From Octopus sinensis (lineage: Eukaryota): a DNA stretch of 64,000 bases. A program made the position numbers and the translations under genes. This document shows positions 1 through 11,920 of the stretch, one piece after another. Within the stretch, counting starts at the first letter, position 1; each line of letters starts with the position of its first letter. The stretch spans positions 16,739,360-16,803,359 of the forward strand of contig NC_043019.1 of NCBI RefSeq assembly GCF_006345805.1, written 5' to 3'. The notes beneath the pieces were generated by a model. That model did no database searches. It saw only the letters and a program-made list of their open reading frames with translations, and was not told where the DNA came from.

Positions 1-756
1 TTCAGCTTCCGCCGTCCACATGCCTGGCATCATAATGCATTCTCTGCATTTTACATTTGGAGAGACTCATTTTTTTCATTCATTTAAACAAACACACACA
101 CTTAATGGCATTTTTGTCCATTCACTGTTGTTCCCAAACCTTATTATATTCAACTCTATAAGCAGCCTCCATTGTTAGTGGAGGCAGAGGACAAAAACAT
201 TCCGATACTATCAGCTATGAAAAGGCATTAGTGAACTACAATTGAACATATTTTCTATCACTGAACCAAGAGGTGGGCACAGATGGATTGGCAATAAAAG
301 GATTAAGACAGAGAGAATATCTCCACAGTTGCTCAACGCTTTTGTTACCAACCTGCCTGAGGCTGCACCAGGCTCTATGATGTAAACAACTTGTTTTACA
401 AAATAATTGAAACTACAACCTGCCATCAAATTTGTTTTATTAATCTATATTGCAAACATTAGCTTAACGATAAAGATATGTTTTATAATTCTTTATCATT
501 AAAAAAATTCAATTGAAATTCAAGGCAGTATATTTCAACAGAAATATAGAATGGAACTGATAAAAATTATGTTTTGTATTCACACCTGCGTTTGTGGCTT
601 TTGTGTAGTTTGTATGTAAAAAATTGAAATCTATCAATCAAGTTCACACCCTGTTTGTGTCAATTCTTAATCCTTAACTTTCTGTATGACATGTCACAAA
701 GGATAGCCTCAGACCGCCAGTCCTGAAACATGTGGTATCACACAAATAATACTAAC

Positions 757-846
757 CTTATTCACATTCATTTTGAAGGAAGAGGGGAACTCTTTAGTGT
801 AATGGGTGTGGGGATACTCAAATCCTTTCTGCTGTTTGTCTAAGTT
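757..846 (-). CDS. Putative internal coding exon of an unidentified gene (NLDKQQKGFEYPHTHYTKEFPSSFKMNVNK)
   Basis: Branch-like ctaat plus acceptor ccctaatgattccattacag and donor AAG|gttagt. 90 nt, open only in phase 0. No family recognised. Confidence 0.4.
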
Positions 847-2270
847 CTGTAATGGAATCATTAGGGGACTGTACTTCAAAATCACTTGAAACAAAGACAT
901 TGTATTCGAAGAGAAATATAATAACAAAAGCATTAAGAAAGTGTATATTTAGATGACATTAAGAACATGCCTTTCCTAAGGAAGGATGTCCATGTGCACT
1001 GAAGTAATTAGAGTATAATTAGTCTCTAATTAGTTCACAACATAAAATCCAATACATTTGAAGTAAGGGTAATTTGATCCAGACAGTCTTTGACTGATTC
1101 CATTCATTGGACTGTGGCTATGTTGGGGCTGCCCACATCAAGTAGTATTTTAGCCCATCATATTGACCCCACTACTTATTCTTATTGATCACCACTTGTT
1201 CCTTTAAATTAGCGATTCAACAAGCCATAAATAACAAAAGATTTCAGACAAAATCAAGCGGACAGTAAATGACGATGATGATGATGACACGTGTGTGTGT
1301 GTGGGGGGGGGGTAGCCTAAAGTTATATTGAAACAAGTTTTAAAATATCAACAGAGCACGACCTGATGGAGCAACTCTAGACTGAGTGTCAAGTAAAGAT
1401 CAAGCTGATTGGGACTTTGAAGTTTTGCCCATCAACTTGTTCAACCAATGTATAAAGCTGTAACCTGGTTAATGTCTTTCTTCTGACATTCAACCCTGTC
1501 GCACATCCTTGTAGCTTCATAAATTCTACTGGATCACCTCGTTATCTGCCAATTAGATTTCTATTACAGCTCCTCCCCCATCTCTGTTGGCTCTGCTTTT
1601 CCTTGTTCTTTTTATATTTCCCTCTACTGACTCACTCCCTCTCTTCTATTTTCAGCTTGCTCTTACTTTTAAACCTTATCTCTGTTACTCTCTCTCTCTC
1701 CCTCTACTGCAATGGAGCTCTGCATTCAATATACATTATCTTCAACCATTAATTTCTTACAATCATGGGACAGGTGACACTATCTGTATATTACTTCATA
1801 TACATTCATTAATACCAATTTACTACATGAATATGGATGCACAATACACTTACTGGTCACCAACCCCCAGAAACAGCTGTAAAGAATAGCCTGGATTCTC
1901 CTACCCCTTACCTATGATGTTAGAGTACAGATTCTCTGCATATTTTGTTTTCCTGTTATTCTGCTTCGTTATATTTATACTCACATCTCTAGAACTAATT
2001 TACAAATGTTTTCATGCCATCAACAACCATCTGTCCATCATTTATTTTACTTTGTGTGTGTGACAGATTTCTCCACAGTTCTGGTCTACCAAATTTCACT
2101 CACAAAGCATTAGTCAACCTGAAATTAGATTTACAGGATACTTACCCAAGGTGCCTGGTGCTGGGATCAAACCCAGAACCACATGATTGGGAAGTAAACT
2201 TTTTAACCACCCAACCAGAGTTACATGCACCACTTCACATCTTCTACCGACCATGTCAGGCACTTTAAAC

Positions 2271-2552
2271 CAGTGGCTCTCAACCATTTTTGCCTAGGGA
2301 CCCCTTCTTTTACTCTACTGGATCCCCACAGCTATTCAATGTTTTAGAAATCTTACCATCATCATCATCATCATCATTATATTTATATAATTAAATAAGA
2401 ATTATATGAAAAAAAAATATTAAAATATTTTGAGTATTGTTAGAAATAGAACCAATTTATTGCTGATAACTTTTCATAACAAAATCTTAAATGGGCCGTG
2501 AAGGGTCATATGGATCCCTAAGAGTGATATGGACCCTGGTAGAGAGCCACTG
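2271..2552. mobile_element. hAT-like MITE
   Basis: TIRs cagtggctctcaacc / ggtagagagccactg with CAG...CTG ends. Flanking 8-mers (ctttaaac/gtttacag) only partly match. Confidence 0.65.
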
Positions 2553-3734
2553 GTTTACAGAAACATTCTGAAGCAAATTAATTGCAATAAAACATTAACT
2601 TTATTTTGTTTACATAAATATACTTCAGAAAAAAGAAAAAAAAGCAATATTAAAGTAAAAATGAAAAGAAAATAGAGGTGACTGGGTAGAATTTATTTGA
2701 ATTAACAGAAAAAGGGGCCAAAAGAAAAACAAGAAAATATGATTAGAATCATTGAGATTGCCAAATTATTGCAAATGTATTGAGTGTATCACAATGAATG
2801 GAGATGGTTAATGATTTTAAAATAGTCATTGAAAATTAAAGATGTTTTTATTATCTCTTTCATTCACCCATACATACACAGCCTTCAGTTCTGTAGAAAT
2901 ATATATGCGCGTGTGTGTGTATATATATTGTGATTCTGAGATTAGTCCGATGCAGCTCCAAGTTCCATGGATCCTCATGGATCACACAACTGTGTTTCAG
3001 CTTTTGTTTAAAGAGTTGAAGGTGCAAACATGTGAAACTGTCTCCTGGTTCTGTTATTCAAGAGCTCCTGGGTGGGAAGAAAAAAAAAACAGAATATAGA
3101 ATCAGTAATCTTTTTAAAATGGAAAATAGAAATTTAACCAACAACCACACACGCTTTTTATATATTTCTGGGTGTGTGCACATGTGTGTGTGTGTAGGGG
3201 ATAGAAATGTGTTGCAGATGATTTGGCAAAGAATCTGTCTGGCATCAGATGCTTTGGTCCTATAAAAATCTATTCGTAATCCTACATAACAATCAACTTC
3301 ACAAGATGCAGAGATCGTAACTAGTGATTTAGTGATCGTAATTATTAAATGAAAGACTGAAAAATGATGGCTTCAAATTTTGGTGCAAGGCCAGCAGGGG
3401 GTGGAGGATGGTCAGTCGATTCCACAGATGTCAGGGGTCAACTGGTACTTATTTAATCAACTGTGTAGGGACACCTCCTTCTTTAATAATAATAATAATA
3501 ATAATGATAATAATAATAATAATAATGTTCCAAATTTTGGTGCAAGACTATCAATTAGGGAGAGGGATAGTTGATCAAACTGACCCCCAGTACTCGACTG
3601 GTACTTTATTTTATTGACATCCCCCGCCCCGCCACACAAAAAAGACAAATGGCAATGTTCACCTTGGCAGCATTTGAATCATGAACGTAAAGCTGAAAAG
3701 AATGCTGCTAAGCATTTTATCTGACATGCCAGCT

Positions 3735-4366
3735 CACCACTTTCATAATAATAATAATGATAATAATAATGATAATGATGATGATGATGATGATGACAAC
3801 AATAATAAGCAACAACAACAAAAACAGGTTTTTGCTATGTATTCAAGTCATACAAAGAGAGATAATTCCATTTTAATATTTTAATGACTTCAGTTTTTTA
3901 CTTTGGTGTATGTGGTGTATGTGTGTGTGTGTGTATGTGGTGTGTGTGTGTGCGTGTGCGTGCGTGTATGTGGTGTGTGTGTGTGCGTGTATGTGGTGTG
4001 TGTGTGTGTGTGTGGTGTGTGTGTGTGTGTGTGGTGTATGTGGTGTGTGTGTGTGCGTGTAAGTGAATCTTCCAGGCTGTTCGTAAAAATAAAAAAAATG
4101 ACATCAGCCAAACAGCTGTGTTAAATTGTCTCATTCCATTGACATGGAGCTAAAGGGAAGTGACGATGACAATGGAAATATATTCAGTGCTATACATACA
4201 TACATACATACATATATACACACACACACACATACATATACACACACATACGTATATATATACACACACACATATATATATACACACACACATATATATA
4301 TATACACACACACACACATATACACACATATACACACACACATACATACATATACACACACATACG

Positions 4367-4400
<34 letters not shown>
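3735..4400. repeat. Compound microsatellite cluster (AAT/GAT/AAC, GT/ATGTG, AC/AT)
   Basis: Directly visible. Confidence 0.95.
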
Positions 4401-5240
4401 TATAAACACAGATAGGGGAGAGAAAGAGTGAAAATGAAAACTGCAGCTGAGAGATAGGAAGTAAAAAACAAAAAGCTGTTTGGAAGTGAGAGGCAGGAAG
4501 AGAGAATCACTTCTAGCAAAAGAGGAGGATGGAGGGGAAAAAGTGAGAGAGCTGAGGAAGATGGAGGGGAGGGAAGCTGGTGCCATGTCAGCCAACGAAA
4601 AGAGCAGACAACAGATTATGTAACTTTCAGACATTAATTATTTCTGATATTGGTACAAGGTGACAAACTGAGGGAGGTGTCAACTATATTGTACCCTCAA
4701 CCCAAATACTTGAATGGTACTTGAAGAACATAAGGTCAAGGTGACCATGGCAGAATTCACAGACTGCTCCTCTACTGATTGTGGTAAATCAACCATTATC
4801 CTAAAAATCTGAGGTTTTCTAACGCTTTCCCTTCTGCTCTTAACGTTGGGTCACAGTTGTAATTTTGTTTCATGTTAGTCATATCCCATGATCATGTGAT
4901 CGACCAGACTATTAAAGGTTGTTATACATCGCTGGTCACAATGCGCTTTAAATCGATTTAGTTTTCGAATGATACCACCCTGCTGGTTAAGTGAGCAGGT
5001 TACTCCACTGCAGGGTTATCCGTTTACGGCTGAGTGAACTGGAGCAACATGTGCTCAAGAACACAACGCATAGCTGGTCTGGGAATTGAAACTACCATCT
5101 CAAGATTGTGAGTACAACGAACCTAACCGCTAGGCCATGTACCTTCACCTGTTAGTAATAGATTTGTAGTAATTTTAGGGTGGATTCCTTTGTGAAGAAA
5201 GTAGTGATTGACCTCAAAAGAAAGAAATGTGAAATATTAC

Positions 5241-5630
5241 TCTTTACTCTTTTACTTGTTTCAGTCATTTGACTGCGGCCATGCTGGAGCACCGCCTTTA
5301 GTCGAGCAAATCGACCCCAGGACTTATTCTTTGTAAGCCCAGTACTTATTCTATCGGTCTCTTTTGCCGAACCGCTAAGTGATGGGGATGTAAACACACC
5401 AGCATTGGTTGTCAAGCAATGCCAGGGGGACAAACACAGACACACAAACACACACATATATATACATACATACGACAGGCTTCTTTCAGTTTCCGTCTAC
5501 CAAATCCACTCACAAGGCATTGGTCGGCCCGAGGCTATAATAGAAGACACTTGCCCAAGGTGCCACGCAGAGGGACTGAACCCGGAACCATGTGGTTGGT
5601 TAGCAAGCTACTTACCACACAGCCACTCCT
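5241..5630 (-). mobile_element. tRNA-derived SINE, family A, near full length
   Basis: tRNA-like head (tggctgtgtggtaag...ggttcagtccc) and (agtaaa)n tail. Near-identical copy at 36225-36628; decayed copies at 10925, 16050, 24110, 28720, 33290, 33860. Confidence 0.85.
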
Positions 5631-5968
5631 GTTTTTATTTTACAAAAGACTCCACCAAGGAAGGATCACTAGATTACTACAGCCATTGGAATGGTAGGGG
5701 CCAACAGAAATAATAATCAGAAAAAAGTTCAAAAGCTTTGACAGAGGCAATGTTCAGTTTAGTTTGTAACAAGAGAGAAACCAATTTAGCTTGAGAGAGA
5801 GAGAGAAAATATCTTAGTTCAAAAGAGACAATAGAGAAAGAATACAAACTTAAGACTGGTTCAAATATGTTTGAGAGATATTTGCAGAGGCTTTTCACTG
5901 CAGTTGTTGTGGAGAAAGTAATTCTTGCTTAAAACAAAAAGGCGTTAGACCAGCACAATCAGTTCAGA

Positions 5969-6070
5969 GTGCCCTCTAGTGGACATATAGACACCAAGAG
6001 ACAACTCCAAGCTAAATAGAACGCTTTGCTTTCTTTATTGGACATTGGCTGCCAGTCCAACAGAGGGCGC
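5969..6070. promoter_or_regulatory. Divergent pair of CTCF-like motifs
   Basis: Minus-strand CCACTAGAGGGCAC (5982-5969) and plus-strand CCAACAGAGGGCGC (6057-6070). Motif match only. Confidence 0.35.
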
Positions 6071-7390
6071 TCCGAGCTGACTACGATGCTCTGACACCAT
6101 TTTGTCTTCAGCAACCTGCAGTGAAAAGCTTTTGCAGGTTCAAATACCCCTCAAACATATCTGTATTAAAATCTGCTTCATTTTCCATCTTGCTTCATGC
6201 ACCAACTCAAAAGAAACAAAGAACTCTATAAACCATATTTTTAGCTTCGTTTATATTGCTGCCTCTAAGCTGCAAACCATACGACATTGAATGAGAGGTG
6301 TGGTTGAAAGGAAGATTATTGTTGTTGCTGTTACTAATGTAAACAGATGAGTAGTATTTGATGATGATGATAATGATGATGTTACTACCAAACTGAGGGT
6401 GGAGAGACCTGGTCTCAAACACGTCACAAAATAAACAGAACAAGATTTTCTGCTGTGTATGAAACATAGTTGAAGAAAGAAAAAGAAATAATAATTTCAC
6501 TCGTTAATATGGGTGTATAGTCACTCCATAGATCTAAGAATACACACACACACACACAACAGCAACAACAACAAAGATGAATAACAGCATATTAAGTAGC
6601 TTTACAAGATAAATTCATTCACTGGGATTATCTCCAGTTCCAGAGGAGATGGAGGAATTGCTTGGCAGCAACTGAGACCATCTTCAAATGAGAAGGAGAG
6701 GTAGACTCCAGAATCAAGATTTCTCCAAAACTGACATGCCATCAATAAAAGGACAATCTGATAGTTTGGAGATAAAGGACAACTGTTGGGTATGTGTTTC
6801 TGTCTCAATAAGCATCATCAGCACTGCCCCACCTTATCTCCAGCAAACTGAGATATTTAGACAAAAAAATCAAAGCATTTGTGGCCCAAATCATTTGCAT
6901 AAATGAAACGAAAATGAAGAGAAATAATGGGAGAGTGACAACAAAGTCAAGTAAGGATGTCCTGAATACCATAGAAGACAGGTTCTTGATTTCTTGAAAT
7001 TATCTCTGCTTGCAGAGAAGATAGAACAACCACTTGGTGGCAATGGAGATCAACAACTCCAAATGAGAAGGAGAGAGAGAAAAATGCAATCTTGAGATGC
7101 CATTAAGGAAAAAAAGCAGTCTCTGGGAACAAGAGGACAATTTCGAACATGTTTCTGCTTCAATAGGCATCATCAGCACAGCAGTAGTCCTACCTTGTCT
7201 CCAGCAGAAAAAGACAATGAAACAAAGACAAGTAGAATATACATTTATGTCGTCTTCAGACAATCAGATTGTCTTTTTCTTAAAAGCATCTCCCACCTCT
7301 CATTGTTGACTTGGTTCCAACGGCCACCAAGCAATTTATTTTGGCATTTGATATACTCTTACTCACCATTGTTGTCCAAATGTAGGTCAC

Positions 7391-8452
<1,062 letters not shown>

Positions 8453-8505
8453 TTATACATTCATTCACCTGACCACTAAACTGTCCGAAACCAACACTTG
8501 TTTAC

Positions 8506-8601
8506 CTGGATTTCATCTCCCATCGTTTGACATTTTGTTTTAAGTATTAAATCTAGTCTGAGCATTTCAACACCAGTTTAATGTTGATTTTGTATATAAA
8601 C
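8506..8601 (-). other. Putative 96-nt exon; carries ATG (acgATGG, 8523) giving MGDEIQ| in phase 0
   Basis: Acceptor gtgtttgtttttatgtcag and donor CAG|gtaaac. All three through-frames contain stops, so it is a start-codon/UTR exon or a stop-containing exon. Confidence 0.35.
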
Positions 8602-8622
8602 CTGACATAAAAACAAACACTA

Positions 8623-8659
<37 letters not shown>

Positions 8660-8900
8660 TTTATGTTTTTGTTTTTATTGATTCCAGCCATTAGATTGCT
8701 GCTGTATTGCGACCCTATCCTCTCTTGCACTTATTTCCGCCCAGTGCTTGTATATATTATCGTAACCTCTATTGATCAATTGATTATCATTATTGATGAC
8801 CTATATATGAATACTGAATGCTTATTGATCTAAAAAAATAAAAATAAAAGACATTTCACAAACAAAAAGAAACTACTAAGCAACACGAGAACAATTAGAA

Positions 8901-10674
8901 CATCATCATCATCATCATCATCATCGTTTAACGTCCGTTTTCCGCGCTAGCACGGGTTGGACGGTTCGACCGGGGTCTGGGAAGCCAGGGGCCGCTCCAG
9001 GCTCCAGTCTGATTTGGCAGAGTTTCTACGGCTGGATGCCCTTCCTAACGCCAACCACTCCGTGAGTGGATTGGGTGCTTTTTACGTGCCACCTGCACAG
9101 GGGCCGGGGGGTCCGGCATCGGTCGCGATTGGTTCGAGCTTTTAACGTGCCAGCGGCACGGGGGCAACTGGGTCCGGGGTACTTTGGGGATCCAGGGTAC
9201 TTTGAATGGGTAGGGGGTATGTGGAATTGCTGCAGAAAGCAGCCCGGGTCTTTGCAGTCACAGCATATCTCCAGAGATCTCGGTCTTTCGCCATTGCCTC
9301 AGTGAGGCCCAATGCTCTGAGGTCATGCTTGACTACCTCATCCCATGTCTTCCTGGGTCTACCTCTCCCCCTGATACCTTCAACTGTTTGGGAGTGGCAC
9401 TTCTTCACACATCTCTCTTCATCCATCCGCAGCACATGACCATACCATCGCAAGCGTCGCTCTTGCACACCACATCTGATGCTTCTTATATCCAGCATTT
9501 CTCTTAGGATGCTTACACTCTGTCTTGCGTGCACACTGACACTACACATCCAGCGGATCATGCTAGCTTCATTTCTTTCAAGTCTACGCATGTCCTCTGC
9601 AGTCACTGCCCATGTTTCATTACCGTGAAGCATGGCAGTTCGCACACATGCATCATACAATCTACCTTTCGCTCTGAGGGAGAGACCTTTTGTTGCCAGT
9701 AGGGGTAGGAGCTTTCTGAACTTTGCCCAGGCTATTCGTATTCTAGTGGTGATACTCTCTGTGCATCCACCTCCGCTACCAACTTGGTCACCCAGGTAGC
9801 GGAAACTATCAACTACTTCTAGTTTCTCTCCCTGGAGTGTGATGGAATCTGTTTTCTGAGTGTCTGTTGTGTCTATTGTCCCTGTGCATCTGCCGCACAT
9901 GAAAGCTATCTTATCTGTTAATTTCCCTTTAATGTTGCTGCACCTCTTATGTGTCCATAACTTACATTGGGTGCATCTTATGGAGTTTCTACCTGTACCT
10001 TTCCTACAGATTGAGCAGGGCCACCTACCCGAGGGGGTGTGTGCTGAGTACCTCTTGCTGCTTACTAATACTTTGGTCTTTGCTACATTTATTCTAAGGC
10101 CCTTTGATTCCAACCCTTGCTTCCACACCCGAAATTTCTCTTCTAGTTCCGGTAGTGATTCTGCTATGAGAGCTAGGTCATCGGCATAGAGGAGCTCCCA
10201 GGGGCATCCCGTTTTGAATTCCTCTGTTATTGCCTGAAGGACTATGATGAATAAAAGGGGATTGAGGGCTGAGCCCTGGTGCACACCTACTTCTACCCGG
10301 AATTCTTCACTATATTCGTTGCCAATCCTAACCTTGCTGACAGCCTCTCTGTATAGAGCCTGTACAGCCCTTATTAGCCATTCTTCAATCTCCAGTTTCC
10401 GCATCGACCACCAGATGAGGGAACGGGGAACCCTGTCAAAGGCTTTCTCCAAGTCTACAAAAGCTATGTAGAGGGGTTTATCTTTAGCTAGGTACTTCTC
10501 CTGCAGTTGTCGGACCAGGAATATAGCATCAGTAGTGCTTCTACCTGGTACAAAACCGAACTGCATTTCATCTAAACAAATTCTCTCCCTAATGAGATGG
10601 GTTATGACCTTCTCTGAGACCTTCATCACCTGGTCCAACAGTTTGATACCTCTGTAGTTATTTCTATCTAGAGC
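8901..10674 (-). mobile_element. 5'-truncated RTE-clade LINE with 3'UTR and (GAT)n tail
   Basis: Uninterrupted RT ORF, 3'UTR, (cat)8 tail on + at 8901. No endonuclease region present. CpGs retained, suggesting a young copy. Confidence 0.92.
9142..10638 (-). CDS. LINE reverse transcriptase (partial ORF, 498 aa as tracked)
   Basis: QFGFVPGRSTTDAIF, FVDLEKAFDRVPR, GVHQGSAL.PLLF, LLYADDL, FRYLGD and RGRGRP.KTW motifs typical of RTE-type RT. Homology extends upstream to NNYRGIKLL at about 10674. Confidence 0.9.
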   Translation of the reverse strand: MDQVMKVSEKVITHLIRERICLDEMQFGFVPGRSTTDAIFLVRQLQEKYLAKDKPLYIAFVDLEKAFDRVPRSLIWWSMRKLEIEEWLIRAVQALYREAVSKVRIGNEYSEEFRVEVGVHQGSALNPLLFIIVLQAITEEFKTGCPWELLYADDLALIAESLPELEEKFRVWKQGLESKGLRINVAKTKVLVSSKRYSAHTPSGRWPCSICRKGTGRNSIRCTQCKLWTHKRCSNIKGKLTDKIAFMCGRCTGTIDTTDTQKTDSITLQGEKLEVVDSFRYLGDQVGSGGGCTESITTRIRIAWAKFRKLLPLLATKGLSLRAKGRLYDACVRTAMLHGNETWAVTAEDMRRLERNEASMIRWMCSVSVHARQSVSILREMLDIRSIRCGVQERRLRWYGHVLRMDEERCVKKCHSQTVEGIRGRGRPRKTWDEVVKHDLRALGLTEAMAKDRDLWRYAVTAKTRAAFCSNSTYPLPIQSTLDPQSTPDPVAPVPLAR

Positions 10675-11698
10675 ATATATCTGTTAATTCTCAAATATGG
10701 AGTGTGACTTTCATCTCTTGTTTAAACGGTCATCAATACAAAATCTATCAATGCCACATATTGATCTCCCAGGCAATTGGCAAATGAAAAATTACCGCCA
10801 TTTCTACGGAGTGCAACAGATTCAAGCAGATTGTTCTGGAACTTCTTGCAAATTCTTTCTTAAGAATGTTTTATGTTGGTTCTTAAGATTTTATTTTTGT
10901 TTCTTGTTTTTTAGCAGAATTATATCTTTTTCTTTTACTTGTCACAGTGATGGGACCACAGCCAAGCTGCAGCACTGCCCAAAAGGGTTCAGTTGAACAA
11001 ATCGACCCCAGCACTTATTTTTTTTATGTATGGTACTTTATTAGTGTTTTTTGCCAAACATAAACACCTGGTGTCAAGTAGTGGGAGGATACACACAAGA
11101 CACACACATGGTGAGCTTCCACACAATTTCCATCAATCAAATTCATTCTCAAAGCATTGGCTGGCCCAGGGCTACAGTAGAAGACACTCTCCTAAGCTAC
11201 CATACACAGGGACTGAACTCACAACTACAGAGTCGCAAAGCAAGCCTGTTAACTATGTGTGTGTGTGTGTGTATCCATTCAAAACAACTCACTGATAATT
11301 ATATTTGACTTTATCTCGAATGCTTAATTTATGAGAATCTGTGAAACTTTCAAAGTATTTTCACTTTACACAGAATTATCAACAATTTCGTTGAAAATGT
11401 TAAGAGGTCACCAATTCTCTCTCAGAGTTAGTTCTACGGCTGTCGACAGAATAACAATTGACTTGACTTCTCTAAATTTTGGTGATCAGTTTTAAAAGGT
11501 CAGTTCTAATGAAAACATTCAGAGGACAAATAAACTTGTCCCAAATTGAGAAAAAGAAAAAAAGACTTTAATCAAAATTAACAGAATCAATGTTGTTTGT
11601 TGGTTTCACTCTATAAATAAACAACAGAACTGAACGAATTCACTTTATAATTTGCTAAACTGAAACACTGACCAATCTCATCTACCCTAGGATATTAT

Positions 11699-11920
11699 TA
11701 CTGTATTTCCAAAATACAAATGGAATTTTCAGACCAATATTTACAGCCCCAAAAAAGGTAGGTTGTCTTTATACACCAAGACAACTTTGGAGGATCAAAA
11801 ATTCCATGTGAAATGCAGCAAGATTTCCAAAGACAGAGACAAGATCTTTGGATGTTTACGCTAAATGCCATGCCAACTTCTACGCCAGAAAATACAGAAC
11901 ATCACCAAACCAACAACTCT
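11699..11920 (+). mobile_element. pogo/Tigger-like DNA transposon end fragment, second diverged copy at 50416-50650
   Basis: Both start ta-ctgtattt and align through cagacc..tttacag..caagacaactttgg..tgtgaaatgc..tacgccaga.aatacagaa. Superfamily call is from recalled TIR similarity. Confidence 0.5.

Noticed and set aside
3380-4634. Many ORFs rich in VC, HT, YI or N runs (also at 37404, 55900, 56176)
   Set aside because: Translations of microsatellites.
5152-5713. Recurrent ORFs such as KETDRISTGLTKNKS and QIHSQGIG
   Set aside because: SINE sequence, repeated at 36207-36742 and elsewhere.
6110-6190. Minus-strand Kozak ATG giving MENEADFNTDMFEGYLNLQKLFTAG
   Set aside because: Only a weak donor (gttgct), and its phase is incompatible with the next candidate exon.
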